Below are positions 27,051-39,600 of a stretch of DNA of 64,000 bases, in pieces. The DNA comes from Isurus oxyrinchus. Taxonomy: Eukaryota. The translations under genes and the position numbers were made by a program. The notes under the pieces were generated by a model. The model did not search any database, was not told the origin of the DNA, and saw nothing but the letters and a program-made list of their open reading frames with translations. The stretch spans positions 992,001 to 1,056,000 of the forward strand of contig JANJGN010000036.1 of NCBI GenBank assembly GCA_026770705.1, given 5' to 3'. Positions within the stretch are counted from its first letter, which is position 1; each line of letters opens with the position of its first letter.

Positions 27051-27855
27051 AACAGTGTTCCAAAAGGTTCTGCTCTATTTCTGGATAATGAAATGTGGAA
27101 AAATGTATTTCCGTCTCCAGGTGAAACACACATTTAGATTTGTCATTTTTCCCCACTTGTTTAATTAATCCCAAAAACTTCCTTTTAAATGAAAGGTGTT
27201 TTTTTTGCAGATTCTCCGCTATCTGCTGCCTACAGTTTATTGCTCTCAGTGAGGCTGTCGACGGCGGAGCTTCTCCTTCTGGGGATGATCCTTGTGGCCG
27301 GGAGAAGGAGCTGCAGGAACAGCCAGACAGGTAGCGATTGTTGGGAGGCGCTTCAACTCTCCGGCGCTCCCAATCGATCTATTTATCAATGGGTTATTGA
27401 CACTTTCAGATGGTTCAGTGTGAAATGTAGCCACTTGTGCTCAGTTCAAATTTTACTTTCTAACAGGAAACAGTGAAGAACATTGATGAGGAACTGACAG
27501 ATTCCAGAGAACAACGAAAGAATAAAGTGATAAAAGATGGGATTGTTTTTGTCACCGTGTGTGGATACTTTTCCCTGAATTTTAATCCACGGTTTAATTT
27601 CATAGTTATTGCCATGAACCTAGAAAGGTTTGCGTAGTGGGCATGATAGGATGGCAGAAACTAGGCTTCAATTCCTCTCGTGGGTAACGTTAAGGACTGA
27701 CTTAATCAAGAGGTTTAAAATGATAAAGGAAACCATCGTGTCAATAGGGATAAACTATTTGCTCTAGTGGTGCGGGTGTGTGGGTGGGGTGCCCAGTGAG
27801 TAGTGGGGGTTGGGGGCTGGAGTGCAGAACTAGATGGCAGAACCTTAAAATTAGT

Positions 27856-28031
27856 ACAAAAACAAAAATAGCTGGGAATAGCTGTGAAAACTCAGCAGCT
27901 CTGATGAAGAGTCATATGGACTCTATACGTTAACCAACTCTTCCTCTCCGCAGATGCTGTAAGACCTGCTGAGTTTTCCCAGCTATTTTTGTTTTTGTTT
28001 CAGATATCCAGCACCTGCAGTATTTTGCTTT
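27856..28031. mobile_element. Short Penelope-type repeat insertion with internal inversion and 14-bp TSD
   Basis: Flanked by accttaaaattagt at 27842-27855 and 28032-28045. Internal inverted arms (aaaaacaaaaatagctggg...aaaactcagcag / ctgctgagttttcccagctatttttgttttt). Absent from A1 and A3. Confidence 0.75.
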
Positions 28032-30139
28032 ACCTTAAAATTAGTGCTCGGTCGCTCAGGGGTGATATCACGAAACATTTAGTTACACAAAGGCGAGTGG
28101 AAACCTGGAGCTATCTGCCCTCAAAAGCTACTTATTCTGCGGGATCAATTGGAAAAGTCAAAACTGAGATTGATAGATATTTGTTGTGTAAGGAGATTAA
28201 GCAGTATGCAACCAAGGTGTGTAGATGGAAGTTATCCAGATGCGCCATGATCTAATTGAATATACTGCAGGGTCCGAATGGCCTCCTTCTATCCCTATGA
28301 TGATGGTGTTTGTTATATTAATAGATTCAGTTCTATTGTTTCTCCACAGGCACTTTATGCACAAATGCCATTTAAGGAGGATACCACACTCTGATCGGAG
28401 AGGAAAGAGGGAGAGAGCTCACAGTTTGCTTCCCGAACATGATGTGCTGTAGAAAGATTCCTCTGTTGGGCGGGGAAGTCCGAAAGTCCAACCGATGCAA
28501 ATTCTGGCGCATTCACGGCGGAACATTATGATGTCACTGAAAGCATGAACTGAATAATCTCGAAATTCCCGCTATTCTAAAGATGAAATGTCGTGTGCAG
28601 TTCCATTCTAGTTTCTCCAGCTTTCTGTTATCTGGTTTATTTTGGCTTTTGCATTTTTATTCAGTATGTCAGCAAGAAATTATTCAAACATGTTTTACAA
28701 TGTATCTGTGCTCGAGTTACCTACACATTGAAACAGATTTGAAAACCAATGACAGCTCTGATTTAGCAGTTTTTTGTTGATTTGCAGCAGATGCGCCCAG
28801 GATATCTCTGAGGCCAATTTGCGAAGTCATTTATAGAGGAATGTAAGCAGAATGGAGGTAGGGTTGTGGACCGACAGGGACTGGATGGGGATTTAGGCTG
28901 CATTGATGAAAACGCTGCAGTGTTAGTGGACCCCGAGCCTTCACTGCTCCTGTGCTGGGAGTGGAAAATGTTACAATTACACTTGAAAGAAAATTATTGA
29001 CAATTCATCCACCTTTCTGTCAATACAATTGAGTGCATTTTAACTACTAAAATCACTGGTTCGAAGGCACTTAATGAACAGGAAGAAGAAATTCGTCCCG
29101 TCACTCCTGGGTCAGCTTTTTGAATGTGCACTTTAGTCCCACATCCCAGTTGTCTCCTCATTGCCCTGTGAATTAGTCCTTTTGAAACATACTGTCCATT
29201 AAATGTTAATGTCTATCCTGAGTACAGCAGATCTCATCGACTTTGTCTGAAGACAGTTTTCTGGCGATGTTAACAATTCTCAAACATGAACACAATTCGC
29301 ACCTCACATTAGAATATTCGTCAAATGCATGAGTAAATTTCATGTTTCACTGAGATGATGTAAACTATTTCCATTACATCTTTCATTTAATCAATATTAA
29401 ACACCTGCTGTGGAAACTGTTGGTGTGCTGTTTACTGGATATTTTTGTTGATGATTAAACTCTGGCCTACAGAGAATATCATAAACCCTGTTCGTAACAG
29501 ATAGAAACATTCCCAAATGTACACTAATATTATTTTGTCATCAAAACTCATTGTGCACAGACATTTCGAGATATTTCCAGACACTTATTACAAGTCGCAG
29601 ATGGAAAAGCATAATCTGCCAATGACAGTTCATCGGTCCAGAAAGGTTTTGTTATCCTCAACCTGCAGGGAAAAAACATTTCCCATAAAAATACCAGGGG
29701 AAATTGCAAGTGGTTCCCTATTCCACCTACCCAGAGAACCATTCCTGCTGCTGATCTCTCTCTGTGCCATCGACCTCCAGGCATCAGTCATCATAATATC
29801 TTGACCTATTAAACAAAGAGACACATTGGAGCCATTCAGTCCCTCTGGTTGTATCTGGCATTGGATCTGGTCATGGATAAAATTAGGAAATTGATATTGT
29901 TTAAGGACATTCTATGTGCATTTGTTTTTTTAAGTATAATGTACAACTGTAAGTTTAAGTTTAATTTATATACTTTTTTCTATTTTTCGAATAAAATGTG
30001 AAACCTGGGATCTAGTTTCATTTTTCAATGAGGCAGAAGGTCTAAAGCATCTCTTTTTATAATTGCATTTCTAATAATTTTTATGACTCCTGAAGTGAAG
30101 GTGAAGCAATCACAAGAAAAGAACAAGCAGTGCCATTGC

Positions 30140-30730
30140 CTAGCAATCGGGGGGTTGGTCAGAAAGTTTGCGGATGATACGAAAATTGTTTGGGTGATAA
30201 GTAGTCAGGAGGATAATTTTAGATTACAGGAGGAAATAGATGGGCTGATCAGATGGGCTGATCAGTTGCAAATGGGATTTCAACTGGACAAGTGTGAGGT
30301 GATGCACTGGTGCAAGACAATCAAAGCAAGGGAATACAAGATGAATGGTAGGACCCTGGGAAGTACTGAGGATCAGGGGGACGTTGATGTGTTTGTTCAC
30401 CGTTTCCTTAATGTAGCGGGACAGGTAGATCAGGTGGTTAGGATGGATTCAAGAAAAGGGACAGGTGCTTTACAGGGGATCTAAGGAAGCATTTTTTCAC
30501 CCAGAGGGCGGTGGGAATCTGGACCTCACTGCCTGAAAGGGGGTTAGTGGCAGAAAACCTGTAAACATTTAAGAAGTATTTGGATGTGCACTTGCGTTGC
30601 CATGGCATACAAGGGTATGGGCCTACAGCTGGAAAATGGGATGATAATAGCTAGGTGCTTGTTGGACTCGCAGGATAGATGGGTCTGAGGGCCCTTTCCT
30701 GTGCTTCAGACCCCTATGACTCTATGACTG
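30140..30730 (+). mobile_element. CR1 LINE 3' fragment
   Basis: KFADDTKI...DKCEVMH peptide and a ctatgactctatgact tail. Confidence 0.88.
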
Positions 30731-33309
30731 CACCCATGTTGGATACTTTAATGATTCTGGATAGCACAAAAAGAGGGTCAATGGGTTACAGGTTAAATTG
30801 TTGGTCCCGGTTTGGAGGTTATAACTTTCATGAAGCTGGGGCTCTTTCCTCTCGAAAAGATGAGGGGTTGACAACATAGAGGCATTTAAAATTCTGAACA
30901 TATTTTTTACGTTGGATGTAAAAATGACATTGGTACTTATGGGAGCGAGACCAAAATTAGCGCCATCAATATAAGATAGTCAGCAGTAAATCCAATCGGG
31001 AATGCAGGAGAAACCTCTTTACTCATACAGTGTGGAGAATGTGGAACTTGCTCCCATAGGGACTGGCCGATGTGAATTGCCAAGATGCACTGAAGGGGGC
31101 ATCAAAATAAGCACACGAGCTCTAAGGAATTGAGGATGTGTTGATGGTTTGGCATGATGGGAGTGAGGCTGCGGAGTGGGAGGTGGGGAGGAGTGGTGGG
31201 AGAGGTGGTGGGAATTTCCTTTGGAGCAGAAACACTGGCACAGAGGAGATGGCCCATATGCTCTGCTGATACACAGGAGTAATTCTGACACAAAGAGGCA
31301 GCCGGCAAGACAGGTTCAGGGTGAAACAAGCACTGAAATATTTGCGTCATATGATTGTTTTTTTCAACCTGGCGTGTTTTTGTTCAAATCAGAATAAATT
31401 AATGTGTTCTGGGTGATTTGAACAGCACGCTCTGAATGAGGGTCATTTTCCCTCTGCCCAGACAAATGTTCGAAGCAGTAATGTTATTGATTGGAACACT
31501 ACAAGGTACTCCTCCAATAAAAACCCTTTTCAAAACTCACAAGTGAATAATTTGCCAACAGTTCCCTTATGGGGTTTTAAATGTTAAAATCCAGTAATAT
31601 TACACATGGCAAAAATTGCTGCTACTTTGGTAAAGGATACGACACGGCCTCCCGCTCTCTACCATTCTGTTTGGAAATCCAAAGGAAGTTCAAATACAGA
31701 CTTCCTCCTGAAATCAATGACTTCTCTGGCTTGAGATCAGATGCCTGCTTAAAATTCTCAAACATTCTCTGCACAAAGCTGATCTCAGTGCATCTGACTC
31801 ACAGAGCCACCTCAAATCAAATGCAGCCTTACAAGGTACTTCTCCAACAGAAACCCTTAAATATTTAAATATTTGAATCTTAAGTATTTAAGCATTTCCC
31901 TTAAATATTTCCCCCCGCCCCCTTTCATCCGGGCCTCCATTGTCCTACGCACCTCTTTGAACTCAACTTTTCCAAAATATAAAAATACTTCCCGTCTTCC
32001 TATTACCGCCACTTTCGGTTAAATAGAAATAAATAACATTCTCTTATGTACTTTTTAAATATTTGGAAGTGGCAAGAGTTCTTAAACTTCCTTTGAAATT
32101 TAGCAGCTGAAAAGACAAATCCTTACCTATCGCCTAATGTGAATATAAAAAGCCCAACATATTCAATTATCGTCCCAACTTCACCATAGTCTCTGGATAC
32201 AAATGCACGGTTTCAACATGTTTATCTTTCATCACTCAGTTCCCACAAAAGACAAGATTTCTTTACTAACATTACCCAATTTAATTACCCACAAAATCAC
32301 ACACACACAACTTTCTTTATAGAATTTCACCATGCTCCCTGAAATATAGCAGCATCCAGCTTCAGGTACAAAACTCCACACATTCACCTTGTTTCCCTAA
32401 CATTTAATACGCCTACGGCACAAAATGTACGGCATACTAGCTTCTCCAGCTTTCTGGGGTAGAGAGATCCAGATTACCATTCCACCTTCCACAGCGCCTC
32501 TTCTTCAAGACACATTACACTCACGGTAAATTTCTGGCATTTAGGCTCAAATTTGAAACCAAATCAAAAGACACTGTTTAAAAGTGAAATTGAACCATCA
32601 CAAGTTTCCTGAATCACTGCTAGTGTCGCTCTCCCGTTTTGTTCTAATTCAGTAAATGATAGAACACATCACATCTCAGACAAAGAAACCCCCAGAGAGT
32701 AGCATCTCAAGCCAGGACTGATATTGTAAACTGGGGAGAAATTGTAGTTTTATCCAGATGACATTTAATTATCATTTAATTTCTAATCAATACAAACTTC
32801 TGGCGCATCGTTTTAAGCGAGGAATAATTTATTTTATTTACATGCAGACATTTGCCAAGAAATGAACGTCCTGTCAGTAACTGGAGTTACAGAATCAACA
32901 GCAAAATTCCAGAGAAACTAAAGCAAGTCCTGAGTCTTTGCTCAACGTTTCTTTCACGCTTCAGTTACGTGATAACGGTGGGATATCCTTAACAATACTC
33001 AAAATAACTTTTACATTTAGCAAAATGAGGCATCCCTTGAAGCTCTGGCGAGTGCATGGGGAAACGTATCTGTTTCATGGGAATCTCCACGGCTCCATGT
33101 GAGTTCTTTGGCAAATCCTTTCAACTCCATAATTCATCAGAGAGACAAAGGCCAGATTCTCATATGCGACCCACCTTCTTTTTTGACATTTTATCCAATG
33201 CAGCCAAGTCCAGGGAGGCGTAGATATGTCCGCCTTGAGTCTGGGAGATAATGTAAACATTAGTAGCGAAAAGTAGTTCAAAGGTAAGTAAGATTACCCA
33301 CTCCTGAAA

Positions 33310-35576
33310 ATAAGCTGTCCAGGAAACTGGCAGAAGGAAGATCCCCCGAAGTTGGAGAGCACACTATATCTCAGGTTTCACCAAGGACAATGCTGAACTC
33401 TATTGGGAATATATCTCCATGTGTGAATCTGACCCCTTCTCAGAGGAAACAATATCTACCAGTGAGAGGGTGATGTTAAGTATCTTTCAAAAGCGTCAAA
33501 ATACCTGTGACACCTACATAGAGACAACAGGTATTACAAAAAAAAGCAGATTGAAGGCATTGTCTCTCATACACAAACTTGGAGGAGATCCAAAGAAAGC
33601 TATCCAACACCCAGATGTGTCTGCTAACCAAGTTGCACACCAGTTCCTCCTAAATGGAAAAATAAACAAGAAACAATGAAGAGCACAACTAGCTAGGAAG
33701 AAGTTCAGCGATGGCTCTCGCTTCACTGGACCATTCACCATGGAATAGCTGGAAACTGGTCTATCTAGTCGAAAACACGGGAAAGCAATTGGTCTTGACA
33801 ACATAGCAACGGAGCAGGTAAAGAATTTTGGACAGCAAGCAAAGAAATGGCTCCGACAATTGTTCCACCACTGTCTGACAACACACAAGCCACCTAATAT
33901 TTGGCAGAAGGCACATGTAATAGCACCATCAAAGCCCAGAAAAGATGCCTCATTTCACTGCTTTGCCACACCAATAAGCTGTTTGAACGCCTGATACGCA
34001 ATAGGATAGCACCACCTCTAGATGAGAAGATCATTCCAGAGCAAGGAGGTTTCCACCCTGGAAAATCAACAAGAAACTAATTGCTCAAAGTCACACAACA
34101 TATCGAAGATGGTTTTGAGCAAGGTGCTGTTTTTGTAGATAAAAACAAAAAACTGCGGATGCTGGAAATCCAAAACAAAAACAGAATTACCTGGAAAAAC
34201 TCAGCAGCTCTGGCAGCATCGGTGGAGAAGAAAAGATTTGATGTTTCGAGTCCTCATGACCCTTCAATAGTAGACCTGTCAGCAGCATACGACAGAGTGA
34301 ACCATAGAAGTGTCCTCTGCAAGATCCTGGAGATGACAAAAGATATCCACTTAGCAGAGCTTTTAGAAAGCATGCTTCAGAATCGCCACTTCTATGTTGA
34401 ACTAGGTGGGAAACGCAGCAGGTGGCGTATTCAGAAGAATGTTCTTCCTCAGGGAAGCGTGCTGGCATCGCTGCTGTGCAACATCTACACGAATGACGAA
34501 CCTAAGGACAGTGTCACACGCCGTTTTATATATTCTTATGACCGATTTGTCAGTGCCCAAAGCACTGATTTTAACACCGTGGAGAAAACACTTTGAGTCC
34601 TTGGAGGGACTAACATCCTACTATGAAGAAAACTACCTTCGCGCCAACCCATCAAAGACTCAAGTACGTGCATTCCACCTCAGAAATCGAGAAGCCAAAC
34701 ACTAGCTTAAAGTAACCTGGTGTGGAGCAACACTGACGCATTGCGAGCACCCTATCTACTGAGGAGTCACCCTTGACAGATGCCTCACCTTCAAGAACCA
34801 CATCGAAAAGACAAAAGCAAAAGATAGCGAACGAAACAACATCCTAAATAAGTTCACTAACACAAATTGGGGAGCAAGCTCGAAAACATTGCGAACCAGT
34901 GCACTTGCTCTTGCTATTCGACTGCCGAATATGCCTGCCCTGCATGTGAAAGCCCTACTCATGCTAAGAAGATGGATGTTGTTCTGAATGCAAGCTTCCT
35001 ACTTATCTGAGTTTTTTCTTAAACCAACAAACACCAATAGCCTATATATTCTGATGGGTATTGCAGCTCCTGATATAAGTAAGAAAGGGTGACTCCGTCA
35101 AAGATCAGATGAGAGGCACCCTCTACATGGTCATACACCTACAGCCAGCCGCCTTAAGTCCAGGAAAAGCTTCATGAACAGTGTGGTTCCAGTAGAATTA
35201 ACCCCGTATGAAGTCCATATCGCCTTGTGGAAAGACTGGCTCGCCAGTCTCGAACAATCCCCAGCGATGGAAATTCTACAGATAAATACCTTCCCCCCAG
35301 GAGCTAATTGCAACTGAGCAACCTGGAAATGTCTTAACAGACTTAGGGCTGGTGTCGGTCGTTCAAAGGTGTCAGTAAGCAAATGGGGATATAACACAAC
35401 ACCAACAACTTGTCAATGTGGAACTGATCCACAGGCTATGCAAAATTTCCTGCAATGCATATCGCTAAAGGAACCCTGCACTGTTCCAGATCTTGCCGAA
35501 TTCAACAAGAAGGCTCAAAAATGTTTCCTGTTCTGGTTGCACCATGTATAGACTGTCTTTGGACACGATAAGAAAG
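33310..35576 (+). mobile_element. 5'-truncated RTE/RTEX-like non-LTR retrotransposon in the last intron of B2
   Basis: RT motifs GAVFVD..LSAAYDRVNHR, KRSRWRIQKNVLPQGSVLA and LRANPSKTQ; C-terminal KWG...CQCG..Q...C; 14-bp TSD acccactcctgaaa at 33296-33309 and 35577-35590; empty site in B1 (~16436). Confidence 0.88.
34140..34270 (+). mobile_element. Short Penelope-type repeat nested in the RTE-like element
   Basis: ctgcggatgctggaaatcc...aaaactcagcagctctggcagcatc...gtttcgagtc; interrupts the VFVD|LSAAYD motif with gtaga duplicated. Confidence 0.7.
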
Positions 35577-36099
35577 ACCCACTCCTGAAACCACGTTTCT
35601 TAGAATCATGGAATGTTGCAGCACAGAAGGATGTCATTCTGCCCATTGCGTCGGTACGAGCTCTTTGAAAGAACGATGCAATGACCCCTACTGAACCCTG
35701 CTCTGACCCCATATCATTGCTATCGTTTCACTCTTCCACTATTTTTATAATTCCGTCTTGAAATTTACTATTGAATCGGTATCCATTGCCCTCTATACTA
35801 ACTTGGGGGAAGTTCTGCTTCATATGTCTGTAAAAGAATTGTTTGAATTGATGCTTTGTAATGGAACTGCAGAATTCGCAAAGCAACTGGAAATCACCAA
35901 AGATTAATCAGAAAACTGGGATGATGAGTCTATCAATTTGATTGAGTTCCTTTGCTGTCAATTGGCCAAACCAATTACTGTCTTTCACCATGTGCCATCT
36001 ACATAATTGAGTGGAGTCCACAGAATACATTACATTCAGAAGGATGAAACAAACACAATCAAAAGATTGGGGTTATATTATGCCTAATACGAATGGAAG

Positions 36100-36460
36100 A
36101 AGCCCCAGAACATTTGCATCCACTTCCTTGAAGTGTAGTCTCTGTTCCTAATGCAACAGGGCAGTGAATTTACGCACAATATGATCCCATAAACAGCAAT
36201 GATTTAATGATCTAGATAATTTATTTTTACCGCGCTGACTGAAAGATAAAATGCGAAACAGGACACCAGAAAGAACAGCCCCAAACCCGCACCCCCATTT
36301 CCCCAACACCTCACCACTCCTCCTCTTGCATTAATGGCAGTGACATCTTTAATACCGACCTGAGAGGGCTCAGAGGGCCTCAGTTTAACGTTTCATATGA
36401 AATCGACAACTCAGACTGTGCAGCACTGGCTCTGGAAGTTCAGCCGAGACTTTCTGCCGA
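36100..36460 (-). mobile_element. SacSINE1/DeuSINE-like fragment
   Basis: Reverse-complement resemblance to the SINE at 7840-8140; a homologous partial copy lies in the B1 intron (~16700-16930). Confidence 0.55.
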
Positions 36461-36473
36461 AGTCTCTGCACGG

Positions 36474-36529
36474 ACACACACACACTATGGACCCAGAAAC
36501 ATATGCACACTCACGCACCATAAACATAC

Positions 36530-36560
<31 letters not shown>

Positions 36561-36655
36561 ACACAAATAAAAACACACACACACACCACACACACACATA
36601 CACTCACGCACACATGCACACACTCACCCGACACACTTAAACACACACACACAGA
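36474..36655. repeat. Imperfect (CA)n microsatellite
   Basis: Visible directly in the sequence. Confidence 0.95.
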
Positions 36656-39600
36656 AACTTTCTCCCCTGATGACTCCTTCGCAGTCCATTCACAGCAGAA
36701 ACACATTATGATTTATCGATAGAAACTCCCCGGGTTTGGCCTTATCTTCTTTCTAATTCCATTGACTAATTTGTTTACCAAATCAGTTGGATCGGAGAAG
36801 GGACAAAGGTGGGAAATGAGGGAAGGGGATTAGGCGCACTGTGGACATAAAAGAAAAAAGCACAAATCTAAAATATGAACTGTTGGAAATCTGCCATTAC
36901 CCTATCCTTTGTATTATCGGATGGGGAGAGGGACTGGGGAATACTTTCCCTTTCCAATTCGAGGGATGAGTGGAATTTTACACAAATTCAGATGATCAAG
37001 ACTGTGACCTGCTCTCTGATAAACGCGAGAAATATCTAACATGGGCAGCCTTGCACCTTATCCTGAGAAACAAGTTTTTGTATGTTATTACAACAATTTC
37101 AAAAAACTCACCTGCATTGCATCCCAATGTGGCCTCTTTCCCTCTGTTTGACGGTGGTCATCTGTGTTACTAATGGCTAAGATATGAATTGAAATGTTAT
37201 CCCAGTCTGGCTGATTCATAATTATTAGAGATACACCGTGAGCCAATGATCTTCCAATGTACCAATGGCCCCAATACGCTGTTTGTTTCCAGGCCCCCAA
37301 TACACAAAAGTTTCCTGAATACGGGAAAGTTCCCTCAAGACTTCAGTAGAGCGAAAATAGACAATGAATAGTCAATCACTTTCTAACCACCTTGCCTGGC
37401 GTCTTTGCCCACCTGGTATACCACTGCCACTATTAATAACCAGTAATTGGCATTTTATATGCGACCCAGAGACACCAGACTGATTGTCAACATTTTGATG
37501 GCAGGAATTGCTCTTACGGCATCTTTCCAATTCTACCCACTTGACATTTAATCTGTGCCAAAATTTCAATTTAACTTACCAGTTTGTCACTCATTCTGCC
37601 TCTCTGTTTGCATCTCTCTCTGAAGCGAAACCTGGATTCGAACAAAAGTATCAACCACTTGTTATGTTTTGTGAATATTGAGGGATGTTCCAGAAAGAGG
37701 TGGATGAGAATGTCGAGTGGTCTTAGAATCAATCGTAAATGCTCACGGAAAATGTCAACATATACCATTGGAATCAGTGTTTGTATTGAACTAGGTTAGA
37801 CACAGTGATAAATATGGAGAGAGTGTCCGGGATGAACTTTTCAAATGGTTCAGTTACTCACATTTCATTGTGGGATTTCTTTTCTCATTCTCCTGAAAGC
37901 AGAAAGTAACTTAGCAATTTAAAACTACGAGAAGAGAATCTGATAGACAATCAATTGTTAAAATATCACTCATAAATATTAATTCTGACCTGATCTGCCG
38001 CTTTTACGAATCCAAATGGAAATAAGGAGCAAGAGTAGAACCAGTATCACCAGGACAGTTACGACAACAGAATGGGCCAGATTGCACCGTTCTACAGAGA
38101 CATAATAGTTAGAAACTGCTGCTCGGTCAAATGGTCCTTTTCTGGAAAAATTTGATGGGGAAGGTGACCCAAAAGGAAGCCCAGAACCAGTTTATTCGGG
38201 CGATTGTGCCAGTGCAGGCTCTTTGAAAGCGGTAATTAATTAGCCCCATTCTTCCTGCTCTTGCCCCAATATTCCTCAACGTGCCTTTCCATCAGGTATT
38301 TATCCAATTCCCCTTTTTAAAGTTAATTTTGAATGTGCTTCCATCGCTCTTTCAGGCAGCACCTTCCAGATCACAACAACACGGTTTGTAAAAAAAAAAA
38401 AAATCCCCTTATCTCCCCCTCTGGTTCTTTTCCCCATTCTCTTCAAACTGTATTTCTTTGGTTAACGACCCTCCTGTCAGAGGAAACAGTTTCACGTTGT
38501 TTACTCTTCCGAAGCTCCTCATGATTTTGAACGCCTCGATTAAATCTCCCACTCAACCGTTTCTGCTCTAAGGAGTACATGCATAGGTTCTACAGTCGCT
38601 CCACATTAAGTGAAGACCGTCATCCCTGGTCCCAATCCGGTAAAACTACTGTGCACCATTCCCAAAACATTTTTGGATGTTTCCTGCTTGTTAAGTGCAT
38701 TCAGTGTGGAACTAACATCAATTTCATTGCAAGATGCATTGCCTGAAATGGGCGGTTGAGGTAGGTTCAAAAATCACTTTCAGAAGAGAAATCACATTCT
38801 AGCTTGAAGAGGAAAATGTGACAGTGTTGTGAGGGAAAGGGTGGATCCAATGGGATGACTCTTACAAAGTGATAGCAGTGGTATGATGGCCTGAAATCCC
38901 TCCTTCCGCATCTATCGTTCTAGGATTCTATGATGTGATGGATAAATATAAGGCAAGTCCAGAAATATTCACAACGACAAGTCTACACTTGGGGCTAAGA
39001 TAAAGTTAACTAATTTTGACATATTTATAATATAGGTATTTAAACTTTAATATACAGCCTGAAGGTTCTGAGAATTAATGCATTTCTCCAATTGACTCTA
39101 AAGTCGAATAAAAGCCTCCATTGAACAGATCGCCAACTCACCTGCCCCTGCCTCTGTTGCTTTGGGGAACAACACACTTTTCGTCCAATATTTGCCTGGA
39201 GGTCCAAGTTGAACAATACAAGTACGGACACGCCGGTTCTCCAGGTTCCCCTGGACACTATGACATGAATTCTGATGCTCTAGGTCCGGCCGTCTTCATT
39301 GTACCAGGATCGTTCGTTTCCTCGGTGACCAGGCCGGAAATATTCCAGAAAACCACAATCTGGTTGGAAGAAACTCCACTGACAAAACACACTAAGGGGA
39401 CGATCTCCCTCCAATGCAGCTCAGCAGGTGGAACGAACACTCGCACAGCTGGCTTGTTGTTGGAACTGCCTGGACAGAGATTGAGACATATTAACGATTA
39501 ACTTCCAGCAAATGATAATGCTGTGCATGATCTGAATTTATTTCACTTGCTCTCTTACCTTCAACCAGTAGTGTGGGACCATTCTGGATCGATTCATAGC

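Larger units (their letters stand above)
23127..28394 (+). pseudogene. Type-A VJ-C1-TM receptor, copy A2 (disabled)
   Basis: Leader 23127-23169 (MFFLHVCALSHLFR); V 24209-24580 with frameshift/TAG at ~24304, a poly-G insert at 24391-24428 and TGA at 24544; C1 24683-24986 (Cys->Trp, frameshift); TM 27211-27330; cyt1 from 27467 (donor mutated); last 28350-28394 (ALYAQMPFKEDTTL*). Confidence 0.9.

Noticed and set aside
27211-27330. Arg/Glu in the A2 TM suggesting an activating paired receptor
   Set aside because: A2 is disabled at several sites, so these substitutions cannot be distinguished from neutral decay.
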